A DNA stretch of 64,000 nt from Stegostoma tigrinum (taxonomy: Eukaryota): positions 16,399,409 to 16,463,408 of the forward strand of contig NC_081387.1 in the NCBI RefSeq assembly GCF_030684315.1, written 5' to 3'. Below the pieces are notes generated by a model, which worked only from the letters and a program-made list of their open reading frames with translations, did not search any database and was not told the DNA's origin. Within the stretch, counting starts at the first letter, position 1. Every line of letters begins with the position of its first letter. Positions 1 through 10,179 of this stretch are shown piece by piece. Position numbers and translations under genes: made by a program.

Positions 1-3000
1 AAACAGGCAGCTCTGAGGCAGGGAGAGCAGGAACAGTCAGCCCTGAGGCAGGGAGAGCGGGAACAGGCAGCACTGAGATAGGGAGACTGGGAACAGGCAG
101 CTCCGAGGCATTTAGAATGGGAACAGGCAGCCGTGAGACAGGCAGAGCTGGAACAGGCAGCCCTGAGGCAGGGAGAATGGAAACAGGCAGCCGTGAGGCA
201 GGAGAGCGGGAACAGACAGCTCTGAGGCAGGGAGAGTGGGAACAGTCAACCCCGAGGCAGGGAGAGCGGGAACAGGCATCCCTGAGGCACGGAGAATGGG
301 AACAGTCAGCCCCGAGGCAGGGAGAGCGGGTCAGGCAGCCCTGAGGCAGCGAGAGTGGGAACACTCAGCACCGAGGCAGGGGGAGTGGGAACAGGCAGCC
401 CTAAGACAAGGAGAGTGGGAACAGTCACCCTCAAGGCAGGGAGAATGGAAACAGGGAGCTGTGAGGCAGGGAGAGCGGGAACAGGCAGCCCTGAGGCAGG
501 GAGAGTGGGAACAGTCAGCCCCAAGGCAGGGAGAGCGGGAACAGTCAGCCCCGAGGCAGGGAGAGCGGGAACGGGCAGCCCTAAGACAGGGGGAGTGGGA
601 ACAGGCAGCTCTGAGGCATTGAGAATGGGAACAGGCAGCCGTGAGACAGGCAGAGCAGGAACAGGCAACTCTGAGGCAGGGAGAGTGGGAACAGGCAGCC
701 CCAAGGCAGGGAGAGTGGGAACAGTCAGCCCCGAGGCAGGGAGAGTGGGAATAGGAAGCCCTGAGGCAGGGAGAGCAGGAATAGTCAGCCCCGAGGCAGG
801 GGCAACGGGAACAGGCAGCCCTGAGATAGGGAGAATGGGAACAGGCAGCTCCGAGGCATTGAGAATGGGAACAGGCAGCCGTGAGACAGGCAGAGCAGGA
901 ACAGGCAACTCTGAGGCAGGGAGAGTGGGAACAGTCAGCCCCGAGGCAGGGAGAGCGGGAACAGTCAGCCCCGAGGCAGGGAGAGTGGGAATAGGCAGCC
1001 CTGAGGCAGGGAGAGCAGGAACAGTCAGCCCCGAGGCAGGGAGATCGGGAACAGGCAGCTCTGAGGCAGGGAGAGTGGGAACAGGCAGCCCTGACGCAGG
1101 GAGAGAGGGAACAGGCAGCCCTAAGACAAGGGGAGTGGGAACAGTCAGCCCCGAGGCAGGTAGATCGGGAACAGGCAGCTCTGAGGCAGGGAGAATGGAA
1201 ACAGGCAGCCCTGAGGCAGGGAGAGCAGGAACAGTCAACCCCGAGACAGGGAGAACGGGAACAGGCCGCCCTGAGGCAGGGAGAGTTGGAACACTCAGCC
1301 CCGAGGCATGGAGAGAGGGAACAGGCAGCCCTAAGACAAGGGGAGTGGGAACAGTCAGCTCCGAGGCAGGGAGAGCGGGAACAGCCAGCCCCGAGGCAGA
1401 GAGAGTGAGAACAGGCAGCCCTGAGACAGGGAGAGTGGGAACACTCAGCCCTCAGGCAGGGAGAATGGAAACAGGCAGCCCTGAGGCAGGGAGAACAGGA
1501 ACAGTCAGCCCCGAGTCAGGGAGATCGGGAACAGGCAGCCCTGAGGCAGGGAGAGTGGGAACACTCAGCCCCGAGGTAGGAAGAGTGGGAACAGGCAGCT
1601 CTGAGGCAGGGAGAGTGGGAACAGTCAGCCCCGAGGCAGGGAGAATGGGAACAGGCAGCCCTGAGGCAGGGAGAGCGGGAACAGTCAGCCCCGAGCCAGG
1701 GAGAGCGGGAACAGGCAGCCCTGAAGCAGGGAGAGTGGGAACCCTCAGCCCCGAGGCAGCGAGAGTGGGAACAGGCAGCCCTGAGGCAGGGAGAGTGGGA
1801 ACACGCAACCCCGAGGCAGAGAGAGAGGGAACAGTCAGCCCTAAGAAAGGCAGAGTGGGAACAGTCAGCTCCGAGGCAGGGAGAGCAGGAACAGGCAGCC
1901 CTGAGGCAGGGAGAGTTGGAACAAGCAGCCCCAAGGCAGGGAGAGTTGGAACAGTCAGCCCCGAGGCAGGGAGAGAGGGAACAGTCAGCCCTGAGGCAGG
2001 GAGAGCAGGAACAGTCAGCCCTGAGGCAGGCAGAGCAGGAACAGGCAGCCCTGAGGCAGGGAGAGTGGGAACAGGCAGCCCTAAGACAGGGAGAGTGGGA
2101 ACAGTCAGCCCCGAGGCAGGGAGAATGGAAACAGGCAGCCGTGAGGCAGGAGAGTGGGAACAGGCAGTCCTGAGGCAGCGAGAGTGGGAACAGTCAACCC
2201 CGAGGCAGGGATAGTGGGAACAGGCAGCCCTGAGGCAGGGGGAGTGGGAACCGTCAGCCCCGAGGCAGGGAGAATGGAAACAGGCAGCTCTGAGGCAGGG
2301 AGAGCAGGAACAGTCAACCCCGAGGCAGGGAGAGTGGGAACAGGCAGCCCTGAGGCATTGAGAATGGGCACAGGCAGCCGTGAGACAGGCAGAGCAGGAA
2401 CAGGCAACTCTGAGGCAGGGAGAGTGGGAACAGTCAACACCGAGGCAGGGAGAGTGGGAACAGGCAGCCCCGAGGCAGGGAGAGCGGGAACAGTCAGCCC
2501 CGAGGCAGGGAGAGCGGGAACAGGCAGCTCTGCGGCAGGGAGAGTGGGAACAGGCAGCCCTGAGGCAGCGAGAGCGGAAACAGTCAGCCTCGAGGTAGGG
2601 AGAGCGGGAACAGGCCGCCCTGAGGCAGGGAGAGTGGGAACAGGCCGCCCTGAAGCAGGGAGAGCGGGAACAGGCCGCCCTGAGGCAGGGAGAGCGGAAA
2701 CAGTCAGCCCCGAGGTAGGGAGAGCGGGAACAGGCCGCCCTGAGGCAGGGAGAGTGGGAACAGGCCGCTCTGAGGCAGGGAGAGCGGGAACAGGCCGCCC
2801 TGAGGCAGGGAGAGTGGGAACAGTCAGCCCTGAGGCAGGGAGAGAGGGAACAGGCAGCCCCAAGGCAGGGAGAGTGGGAACAGTCAGCTCCGACGCAGGG
2901 AGAGCGGGAACAGTCAGGCCCGAGGCAGGGAGAGCGGGAACGGGCAGCGCTAAGACAGGGGGAGTGGGAACAGTCAGCCCCGAGCCAGGGAGAATGGAAA

Positions 3001-4546
3001 CAGGCAGCTCTGAGGCAGGGAGAGCAGGAACAGTCAGCCCTGAGGCAGGGAGAGTGGGAATAGGCAGCCCTGAGGCAGGGAGAGCGGGAAGAGTCAGCCC
3101 CGAGGCAGGAAGAATGGAAACAGGCAGCCCTGAGGCAAGGAGAGCAGGAACAGTCAGCCCCGAGGCAGGGAGATCGGGAACAGGCAGCTCTGAGGCAGGG
3201 AGAGTGGGAACAGGCAGCCCTGAGGCAGGGAGAGTGGGAACACTCAGCCCCGAGGCAGGGAGAGAGGGAACAGGCAGCCCTAAGACAAGGAGAGTGGGAA
3301 CAGTCAGCTCCGAGGCAGGGAGAGCGGGAACAGCCAGGCCTGAGGCAGGGAGAGTGGGAACAGGCAGCCCCGACGCAGGGAGAGCCGGAACAGTCAGCCC
3401 CGAGGCAGGGAGAGCGGGAACGGGCAGCCCTAAGACAGTGGGAGTGGGAACAGTCAGCCCCGAGGCAGGGAGTGCGGGAACGGGCAGCCCTAAGACAGGG
3501 GGAGTGGGAACAGTCAGCCCCGAGGCAGGGAGAATGGAAACAGGCAGCTCTGAGGCAGGGAGAGCAGGAACAGTCAGCCCTGAGGCAGGGAGAGCGGGAA
3601 CAGGCAGCACTGAGATAGGGAGACTGGGAACAGGCAGCTCCGAGGCATTTAGAATGGGAACAGGCAGCCGTGAGACAGGCAGAGCTGGAACAGGCAGCCC
3701 TGAGGCAGGGAGAATGGAAACAGGCAGCCGTGAGGCAGGAGAGCGGGAACAGACAGCTCTGAGGCAGGGAGAGTGGGAACAGTCAACCCCGAGGCAGGGA
3801 GAGCGGGAACAGGCATCCCTGAGGCACGGAGAATGGGAACAGTCAGCCCCGAGGCAGGGGGAGTGCGAACAGTCAGCCCCGAGGCAGGGAGAATGGAAAC
3901 AGGCAGCTGTGAGGCAGGGAGAGCAGAAACAGGCAGCCCCAAGGCAGGGAGAGCGGGAACAGGCAGCCCTGAGATAGGGAGAATGGGAACAGGCAGCTCC
4001 AAGGCATTGAGAGTGGGCACAAGCAGCCATGAGACAGGCCACAGCAAGAACAGGCAACTCTGAGGCAGCGAGAGTGGGAACAGTCAACCCCGCGGCAGGG
4101 AGAGTGGGATCAGGCAGCCCTGAGGCAGGGAGAGTGGGAACACTCAGCCCCGAGGCAGGGAGAGCGTGAACAGGCAGCCCTGAGACAGGCAGCGTGGGAA
4201 CAGTCAGCTCCGAGGCAGGGAGAGCGGGAACAGGCAGCCCTGAGGCAGGGAGAGTGGGAACAGGCAGCCCCAAGGCAAGGAGAGTTGGAACAGTCAGCCC
4301 CGAGGCAGGGAGAGTGGGAACAGTCTTCCCAAGGCAGGGAGAGCGGGAACGGGCAGCCCCGAGGCAGGGAGAGCGGGAACAGGCAGCACTGAGATAGGGA
4401 GAATGGGAACAGGCAGCTCCGAGGCATTGAGAATGGGAGCAGGCAGCCGTGAGACAGGCAGAGCAGGAACAGGCAACTCTGAGGCAGGGAGAGTGGGAAC
4501 AGTCAACCCCGAGGCAGGGAGAGCGGGAGCAGGCATCCCGAGGCAG
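1..4546. repeat. 30-bp G-rich minisatellite array (~150 units, consensus about GGAACAG(G/T)CAGCCC(T/C)GAGGCAGGGAGAGTG), open at the window's left edge
   Basis: 30-nt period is directly visible. A few 1-bp indels shift the register (~200, ~2150, ~3740, ~4040, ~4326). Bases 1-~320 recur almost exactly at ~3538-3858. Confidence 0.97.
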
Positions 4547-4606
4547 CCAAGCTCAGGTCCCTGGCACTGTGGGCAGCAGTGCTAACCACTGGTAGACCAT
4601 ACCAGC
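4547..4606 (-). mobile_element. 5' (tRNA-like) head of a SINE abutting the minisatellite
   Basis: ggtccctggcactgtgggcagcagtgctaaccact is the reverse complement of the SINE head seen at 7720-7770 (A-box-like tggttagcactgctg; B-box decayed). Confidence 0.7.
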
Positions 4607-5224
4607 CAACTCATCCAACCTGGACACATTGTGGCTGGGTCATTGCTGTGTCCCAGCTTGAAAGCAACGCGTAGTGGCGCAGGATCTCCTATACTCTGTA
4701 AGGGTATGTGCCCACCACTTCCTCCATGCTGCTTCAGTCTCACAGGTCCACCACCCACTCCACATAATCACCTCATCAAGGCTTGTGGGCTGCAGCTCAT
4801 TCAAAAGTGCCCACTCAACATCTCTCAGCCACCCCATTTAACAACTCCACATTGTCTGCCATTTATTAGCCCATGCCCTTCCACTCCTACGTCCTGGAAT
4901 GATGTGACTAAAAGTTCCTGCCCTGTTCTGATCTTTATCCTATGCTGTTCCACTGAAACCCAACAAAAACATGGAGAACGATGACCTCATTTTCAACTAA
5001 ATAGCTGACACCTTTTCAAGCTCCTCAGCAGTTTTAGATCATATCCCCTGCTTCTAGTCGTTCAGATGGCAGCTGGTGGTTTCTGCCGGTCTGGATATTG
5101 CCTGTCATCCCTGCCTCAGTCCATCTTTTGTCTCTTGACTTGTCCCATTGCCACCATTCCCTTTGCCCTGCATCTTTAGCGCTTCCATCGCTGAATCTAT
5201 TCCGCCCGTTGCTATTTCAGACAA

Positions 5225-5880
5225 AGAACAAGCGAGAAGTACAGCACAGGAACAGGCCATTCGGCCCTCCAAGCCTGGGCTGATCATCATGTCCCGACTA
5301 AACTTGAAAACGAACTTTCTGCCCTTATTCCGCCCTCTACTTCCTCCCGATTCATGTAACCATGCCGATGTCTCCAAAATGTCGCCAATGTGCCTGCCTC
5401 CACCATCTCTTCAGTCCGGACATTCCAGGCTCCCACCACTCTCTGCGTGAAAAGCTTTCCTTGCACATCTTCTTTAAAATTTCCCCCTCTCACCTTGTAA
5501 TTGAAACTTCAATCCTGGGAGAAAGCCTCTGACTATCCATGCTACCTACTCCTCTCATAATTCTGTAGATTCCTACCGGGTCTCCTCTCAATCAACCATC
5601 TTTCTAGTGTGAACAATCCTAGTATTTTTTAGCTTTTCCTCATGGCCAATGCCCTCGAGACTGGGCAACGTTCTGGTGAGCGTTCTCTGCGCTGTCTCCA
5701 AAGCTTCCACATCCTCCTGGTAGTGGGGCAAACAAAACTACTCATGATACTTCAAATGTGGCCCAAGAAGGGTTTATATAGCTGCAAAATGTTTTGCCAA
5801 CTCTTGTACTCCATGCCCTGGCCAATGAAGGCAAGATTGCCATGTGCCTTGTTAATCACCTTGGACACTTGTGTTGCACA
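5225..5880 (-). mobile_element. CR1-type LINE 3' fragment (decayed)
   Basis: Minus-strand translation RGGNFKEDVQGKLFTQRVVGAWN is the CR1 ORF2 C-terminal motif; CR1-type 3' UTR follows. Confidence 0.85.
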
Positions 5881-6577
5881 AATCATTTCATCAGCTCTCC
5901 TACCCCACCATCAGTGTCAAGGACTCTTCACATGTCAATAAGAGGTGATTTGGTGACGGGATACCAGCCTCTAAGGAGTTATTTCGAATTGTGGCTGCGT
6001 GAGATAAATATGGTGTTAATTTAACAATTACTTACGAGTTAGACTATGTATTTAATAGTCTAACATTTCACAAGTAATTATTACTTTACTTCATCAGAAC
6101 CTCTGTGCCCTCCAATTTAAATGGAGACTTTCAGAGGATTCCATGCGTGGGAGAATTGCCAAGCGGAATATCCAACTTCCCTAGCAGTTCTTTTAGAGTG
6201 TGTTATGGTGGGGGGGGTTCTGCATAATGGGGACCTCCCCTCTACATTGGAATAAAGACTGTCTGTCCATCAAAAAACCTGACCCATTGATGTGTGATTT
6301 ACAACAGTCACAGTATTTTGTTGTTGATTCATTTTCAATGTCACACTCATAAAGTGTCTGGGTGAGAAACTTGACAGGGTGCAATAGACGGTGGGATGAA
6401 TAAGGTGTAACATGTAACACTTACATGGTGTGCAGCACTTGCATGGGATATAGTCATGTTTGCAATGGCTGCAATATGGACATGCTTTGTATTACTTCGG
6501 GGGCATAATAAGGGTGGATATCATGCTTGTACGGAGCACTTTACAGGAGATATCAGTGGAGAATTGGTGCGTGCACA

Positions 6578-6578
<1 letters not shown>

Positions 6579-6641
<63 letters not shown>
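6579..6641. repeat. (CA)n microsatellite
   Basis: About 31 perfect AC units. Confidence 0.98.
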
Positions 6642-6645
<4 letters not shown>

Positions 6646-7717
6646 GCACAGCCTATCTTGCAAGGGCATACGAACATCGGTTTGCACACTTACTCTATGC
6701 ACCTCTGCAGTAACTGCTAACATGTTGTTCTTGAAGGATCTAACAGCATGTATTGCCTCATATTTCAAAGCAATTGTTAAACCGCTATGATAGGCTTTTT
6801 ACAAGTAAGCTTGCCTTTGCTACCTGTGGTTAGATTTCAGTAAAAGTTGATTCAATGTTTTGGTGGGGGGTGGGGGGGTGTTGTGGGTGATAGGGGCATG
6901 TAGGTGCCATATGGCTGTGTTCTGCGTAGGGTCTCGAAGGCAAGATAGAACTTGCATTAACAATGCTGGGAGCATTTGGCTTCATTTCCCAGAGCAGGAT
7001 TAACCCAACCCCGTGTTCCAAAAAATCCTGCTCCCATTCAAACACCAGAAAGTCAGGATGCGTGTTCAGCAACATCAGCAACTGCTTTAAAACGCACTTT
7101 CCATTTCACAGCTTGTGGTGGGTGCTTGAGGATGCAGTAACGCCAACGACTCATCAAAAGCGTTGCCAGCACGTTCATTATCCTATTCATTCCAGAAGGA
7201 CCCATTTACATGAGACAGCAATTCCCGTTCAGCTTTCAGTGATTTTCCTTTGGTTATGCCCAAGGCTGTGTGGCATGTCCTGGCACAGGAAGGGGGGGTG
7301 AAAGAATTTTATTAATAACAAGAGGAAAACACACATCCATATTGACCTGTAAAGAGAGAGAAACAGAGTTAACAAGCTCAGTGTTATTTGGCTTGGAGTA
7401 GAGAGACTGCAGGGTCCAGGCTGTCAGATGTGAGAGTTACCCAGTACTACTCCCAGTCCGGCCCAATAGTCAGGATAGATACTTCTCTCATCAACCTACT
7501 CAGACAAGTTATGACACATCTGTAGAACAGGTGGGACTTGAAGCTGGTCCTCTTGGCACATTCCACCACCTTAGAGCAGCTGGGCGATTCCATTCGATTC
7601 AGTTAGGAGGCATATTGACATTGACCAAGAGCGCACAAGGTTAATTCAGGGAATATTGTGAGCTTCATGGGGAAGGGGGCCTACAGGCTTAATGTTAGCT
7701 GTGGCAGCTAAACTGAA

Positions 7718-7982
7718 CCAGTGGCTCAGCGGTTTGCACTGCTGCCTCGCAGCATCAGGGACCCGGGTTCAATGCTACCCTAAGGTGACTATCTGTATGG
7801 AATTTGCACTCTCTCCTTGTGTCTGTGTGGGTTTCCTCCCACAGTGCAAAGGTGTGCAGGTAAGGTCATTTGGACCTGGGATTTGTGAGTTTACAGGGTA
7901 AGGGGGTAGGAAGCTCTCTGTGGGCCAGTGTCGACTTGATGGGCTGAATGGTCGGCTTCCACACTGTAGGGGTTCTATGACG
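7718..7982 (+). mobile_element. tRNA-derived SINE (HE1-like shark SINE)
   Basis: gtggctcagcggtttgcactgctgcc (A box) ... gggttcaatgc (B box), central gtgggtttcctccc, and CR1-like 3' tail ending ttctatga. Confidence 0.8.
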
Positions 7983-8276
7983 TGGTGAGCCCAGTCTAGA
8001 GTGCTGCTGTTCATCCTACCCTACAAACTATGAGTTGTAGAGGATGAGATGTAGGCTTTAATGAGGTGGCTACTCAACCCTTCATGAAAACCCAGGCAGA
8101 GCCAATACAGAGGAAGCCATTCGCTCAGTAGAACCACCAGTGAGCAGGACCTCAGCTTTCTGAAACTGACGATATTGGAATCGCTGTGGTCTGCTGTCCT
8201 CTCCATTACATTCCCTGTGGAGAGGACCTTGAGTTTTTTTTATTGTTTAATCACTAATGGGAAGTGGGCATTGGTA

Positions 8277-9869
8277 AGATAATAAAATGTGAGGCTGGAT
8301 GAACACAGCAGGCCAAGCAGCATCTCAGGAGCACAAAAGCTGACGTTTCGGGCCTAGACCCTTCATCAGAGAGGGGGATGGGGGGAGGGAACTGGAATAA
8401 ATAGGGAGAGAGGGGGAGGCGGACCGAAGATGGAGAGTAAAGAAGATAGGTGGAGAGGGTGTAGGTGGGGAGGTAGGGAGGGGATAGGTCAGTCCAGGGA
8501 AGACGGACAGGTCAAGGAGGTGGGATGAGGTTAGTAGGTAGCTGGGGGTGCGGCTTGGGTGGGAGGAAGGGATGGGTGAGAGGAAAAACCGGTTAGGGAG
8601 GCAGAGACAGGTTGGACTGGTTTTGGGATGCAGTGGGTGGGGGGGAAGAGCTGGGCTGGTTGTGTGGTGCAGTGGGGGGAGGGGATGAACTGGGCTGGTT
8701 GAGGGATGCAGTGGGGGAAGGGGAGATTTTGAAACTGGTGAAGTCCACATTGATACCATATGGCTGCAGGGTTCCCAGGCGGAATATGAGTTGCTGTTCC
8801 TGCAACCTTCGGGTGGCATCATTGTGGCAGTGCAGGAGGCCCATGATGGACATGTCATCAAGAGAATGGGAGGGGGAGTGGAAATGGTTTGCGACTGGGA
8901 GGTGCAGTTGTTTGTTGCGAACTGAGCGGAGGTGTTCTGCAAAGCGGTCCCCAAGCCTCCGCTTGGTTTCCCCAATGTAGAGGAAGCCGCACCGGGTACA
9001 GTGGATGCAGTATACCACATTGGCAGATGTGCAGGTGAACCTCTGCTTAATGTGGAATGTCATCTTGGGGCCTGGGATGGGGGTGAGGGAGGAGGTGTGG
9101 GGACAAGTGTAGCATTTCCTGCGGTTGCAGGGGAAGGTGCCGGGTGTGGTGGGGTTGGAGGGCAGTGTGGAGCGAACAAGGGAGTCACGGAGAGAGTGGT
9201 CTCTCCGGAAAGCAGACAGGGGAGGGGATGGAAAAATGTCTTGGGTGGTGGGGTCGGATTGTAAATGGCGGAAGTGTCGGAGGATAATGCGTTGTATCCG
9301 GAGGTTGGTAGGGTGGTGTGTGAGAACGAGGGGGATCCTCTTGGGGCGGTTGTGGCGGGGGCGGGGTGTGAGGGATGTGTCGCGGGAGATGCGGGAGACG
9401 CGGTCAAGGGCGTTCTCAATCACCGTGGGGGGAAAGTTGCGGTCCTTAAAGAACTTGGACATCTGGGATGTGCGGGAGTGGAATGTCTTATCGTGGGAGC
9501 AGATGCGGCGGAGGCGGAGGAATTGGGAATAGGGGATGGAATTTTTGCAGGAGGGTGGGTGGGAGGAGGTGTATTCTAGGTAGCTGTGGGAGTCGGTGGG
9601 CTTGAAATGGACATCAGTTACAAGCTGGTTGCCTGAGATGGAGACTGAGAGGTCCAGGAAGGTGAGGGATGTGCTGGAGATGGCCCAGGTGAACTGAAGG
9701 TTGGGGTGGAAGGTGTTGGTGAAGTGGATGAACTGTTTGAGCTCCTCTGGGGAGCAAGAGGCGGCGCCGATACAGTCATCAATGTACCGGAGGAAGAGGT
9801 GGGGTTTGGGGCCTGTGTAGGTGCGGAAGATGGACTGTTCCACGTAACCTACAAAGAGGCAGGCATAGC
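8277..9869 (-). mobile_element. Penelope-like retroelement (PLE), 5'-truncated, young, with 12-bp TSD
   Basis: Uninterrupted frame with RT motifs (PSYACLFVG, LRYIDD, FLDL, KPTDSH) and a GIY-YIG endonuclease (NVVYCIHCTRCGFLYIGETKR...RFAEH). TSD tgggcattggta at 8265-8276 and 9870-9881. Confidence 0.95.
8342..8369 (-). ncRNA. Minimal hammerhead ribozyme motif in the PLE pseudo-LTR
   Basis: Minus strand reads CUGAUGA-aGGGUCUAGGCCC-GAAAC-GUC: both core boxes, stem II, loopless palindromic stem III (ACGU) and a GUC cleavage triplet. PLEs are known to carry such minimal HHRs. Stem I is very short. Confidence 0.7.
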
Positions 9870-9873
9870 TGGG
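8593..9873 (-). CDS. PLE reverse transcriptase (C-terminal half) + GIY-YIG endonuclease, 5'-truncated
   Basis: Part of ORF 8593..9948(-). The first ~25 codons of the track ORF come from flanking microsatellite/host DNA, not the element. Confidence 0.85.
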   Translation of the reverse strand, partial: PSYACLFVGYVEQSIFRTYTGPKPHLFLRYIDDCIGAASCSPEELKQFIHFTNTFHPNLQFTWAISSTSLTFLDLSVSISGNQLVTDVHFKPTDSHSYLEYTSSHPPSCKNSIPYSQFLRLRRICSHDKTFHSRTSQMSKFFKDRNFPPTVIENALDRVSRISRDTSLTPRPRHNRPKRIPLVLTHHPTNLRIQRIILRHFRHLQSDPTTQDIFPSPPLSAFRRDHSLRDSLVRSTLPSNPTTPGTFPCNRRKCYTCPHTSSLTPIPGPKMTFHIKQRFTCTSANVVYCIHCTRCGFLYIGETKRRLGDRFAEHLRSVRNKQLHLPVANHFHSPSHSLDDMSIMGLLHCHNDATRRLQEQQLIFRLGTLQPYGINVDFTSFKISPSPTASLNQPSSSPPPTAPHNQPSSSPPPTASQNQSNLSLPP

Positions 9874-9955
9874 CATTGGTAGCTGGGCCAGGGTATACAG
9901 ACAGACAGGCAGACGCACAGACACACACACACACATACACGCACACACACAAGTA

Positions 9956-10085
9956 NNNNNNNNNNNNNNNNNNNNNNNNNNNNNNNNNNNNNNNNNNNNN
10001 NNNNNNNNNNNNNNNNNNNNNNNNNNNNNNNNNNNNNNNNNNNNNNNNNNNNNNNNNNNNNNNNNNNNNNNNNNNNNNNNNNNNN
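9956..10085. other. Assembly gap (130 N) preceded by CA-rich microsatellite (~9896-9951)
   Basis: N run. Confidence 1.
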
Positions 10086-10179
10086 CCTTTGGTCTAACTC
10101 ATCCATGTCAACCAAGTTTCCCACAGTGACACGTGGGAGAAAGAATTTCTTAAAAGTAAAAGTAAAATATTTTTCAGCC

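Noticed and set aside
1-4546. CRISPR-like array
   Set aside because: Contiguous tandem units with no unique spacers, no cas genes, eukaryotic context.
117-4585. Long ORFs (up to 722 aa) on both strands of the minisatellite (GTGSPEAGRV / PVPTLPASGL repeats)
   Set aside because: A 30-bp unit is stop-free in several frames by construction; 1-bp indels break the frames, variation is largely non-synonymous, and I found no convincing splice sites or unique domain.
6456-6790. HTHT/CVCV ORFs (also 46486-46813)
   Set aside because: Microsatellite translations.
7718-7775. tRNA gene
   Set aside because: A/B boxes belong to a SINE head; no cloverleaf, and it continues into SINE body and CR1-like tail.
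8612-9579. Several ORFs antisense or out of frame to the PLE ORF
   Set aside because: Shadow ORFs of a GC-rich coding sequence.
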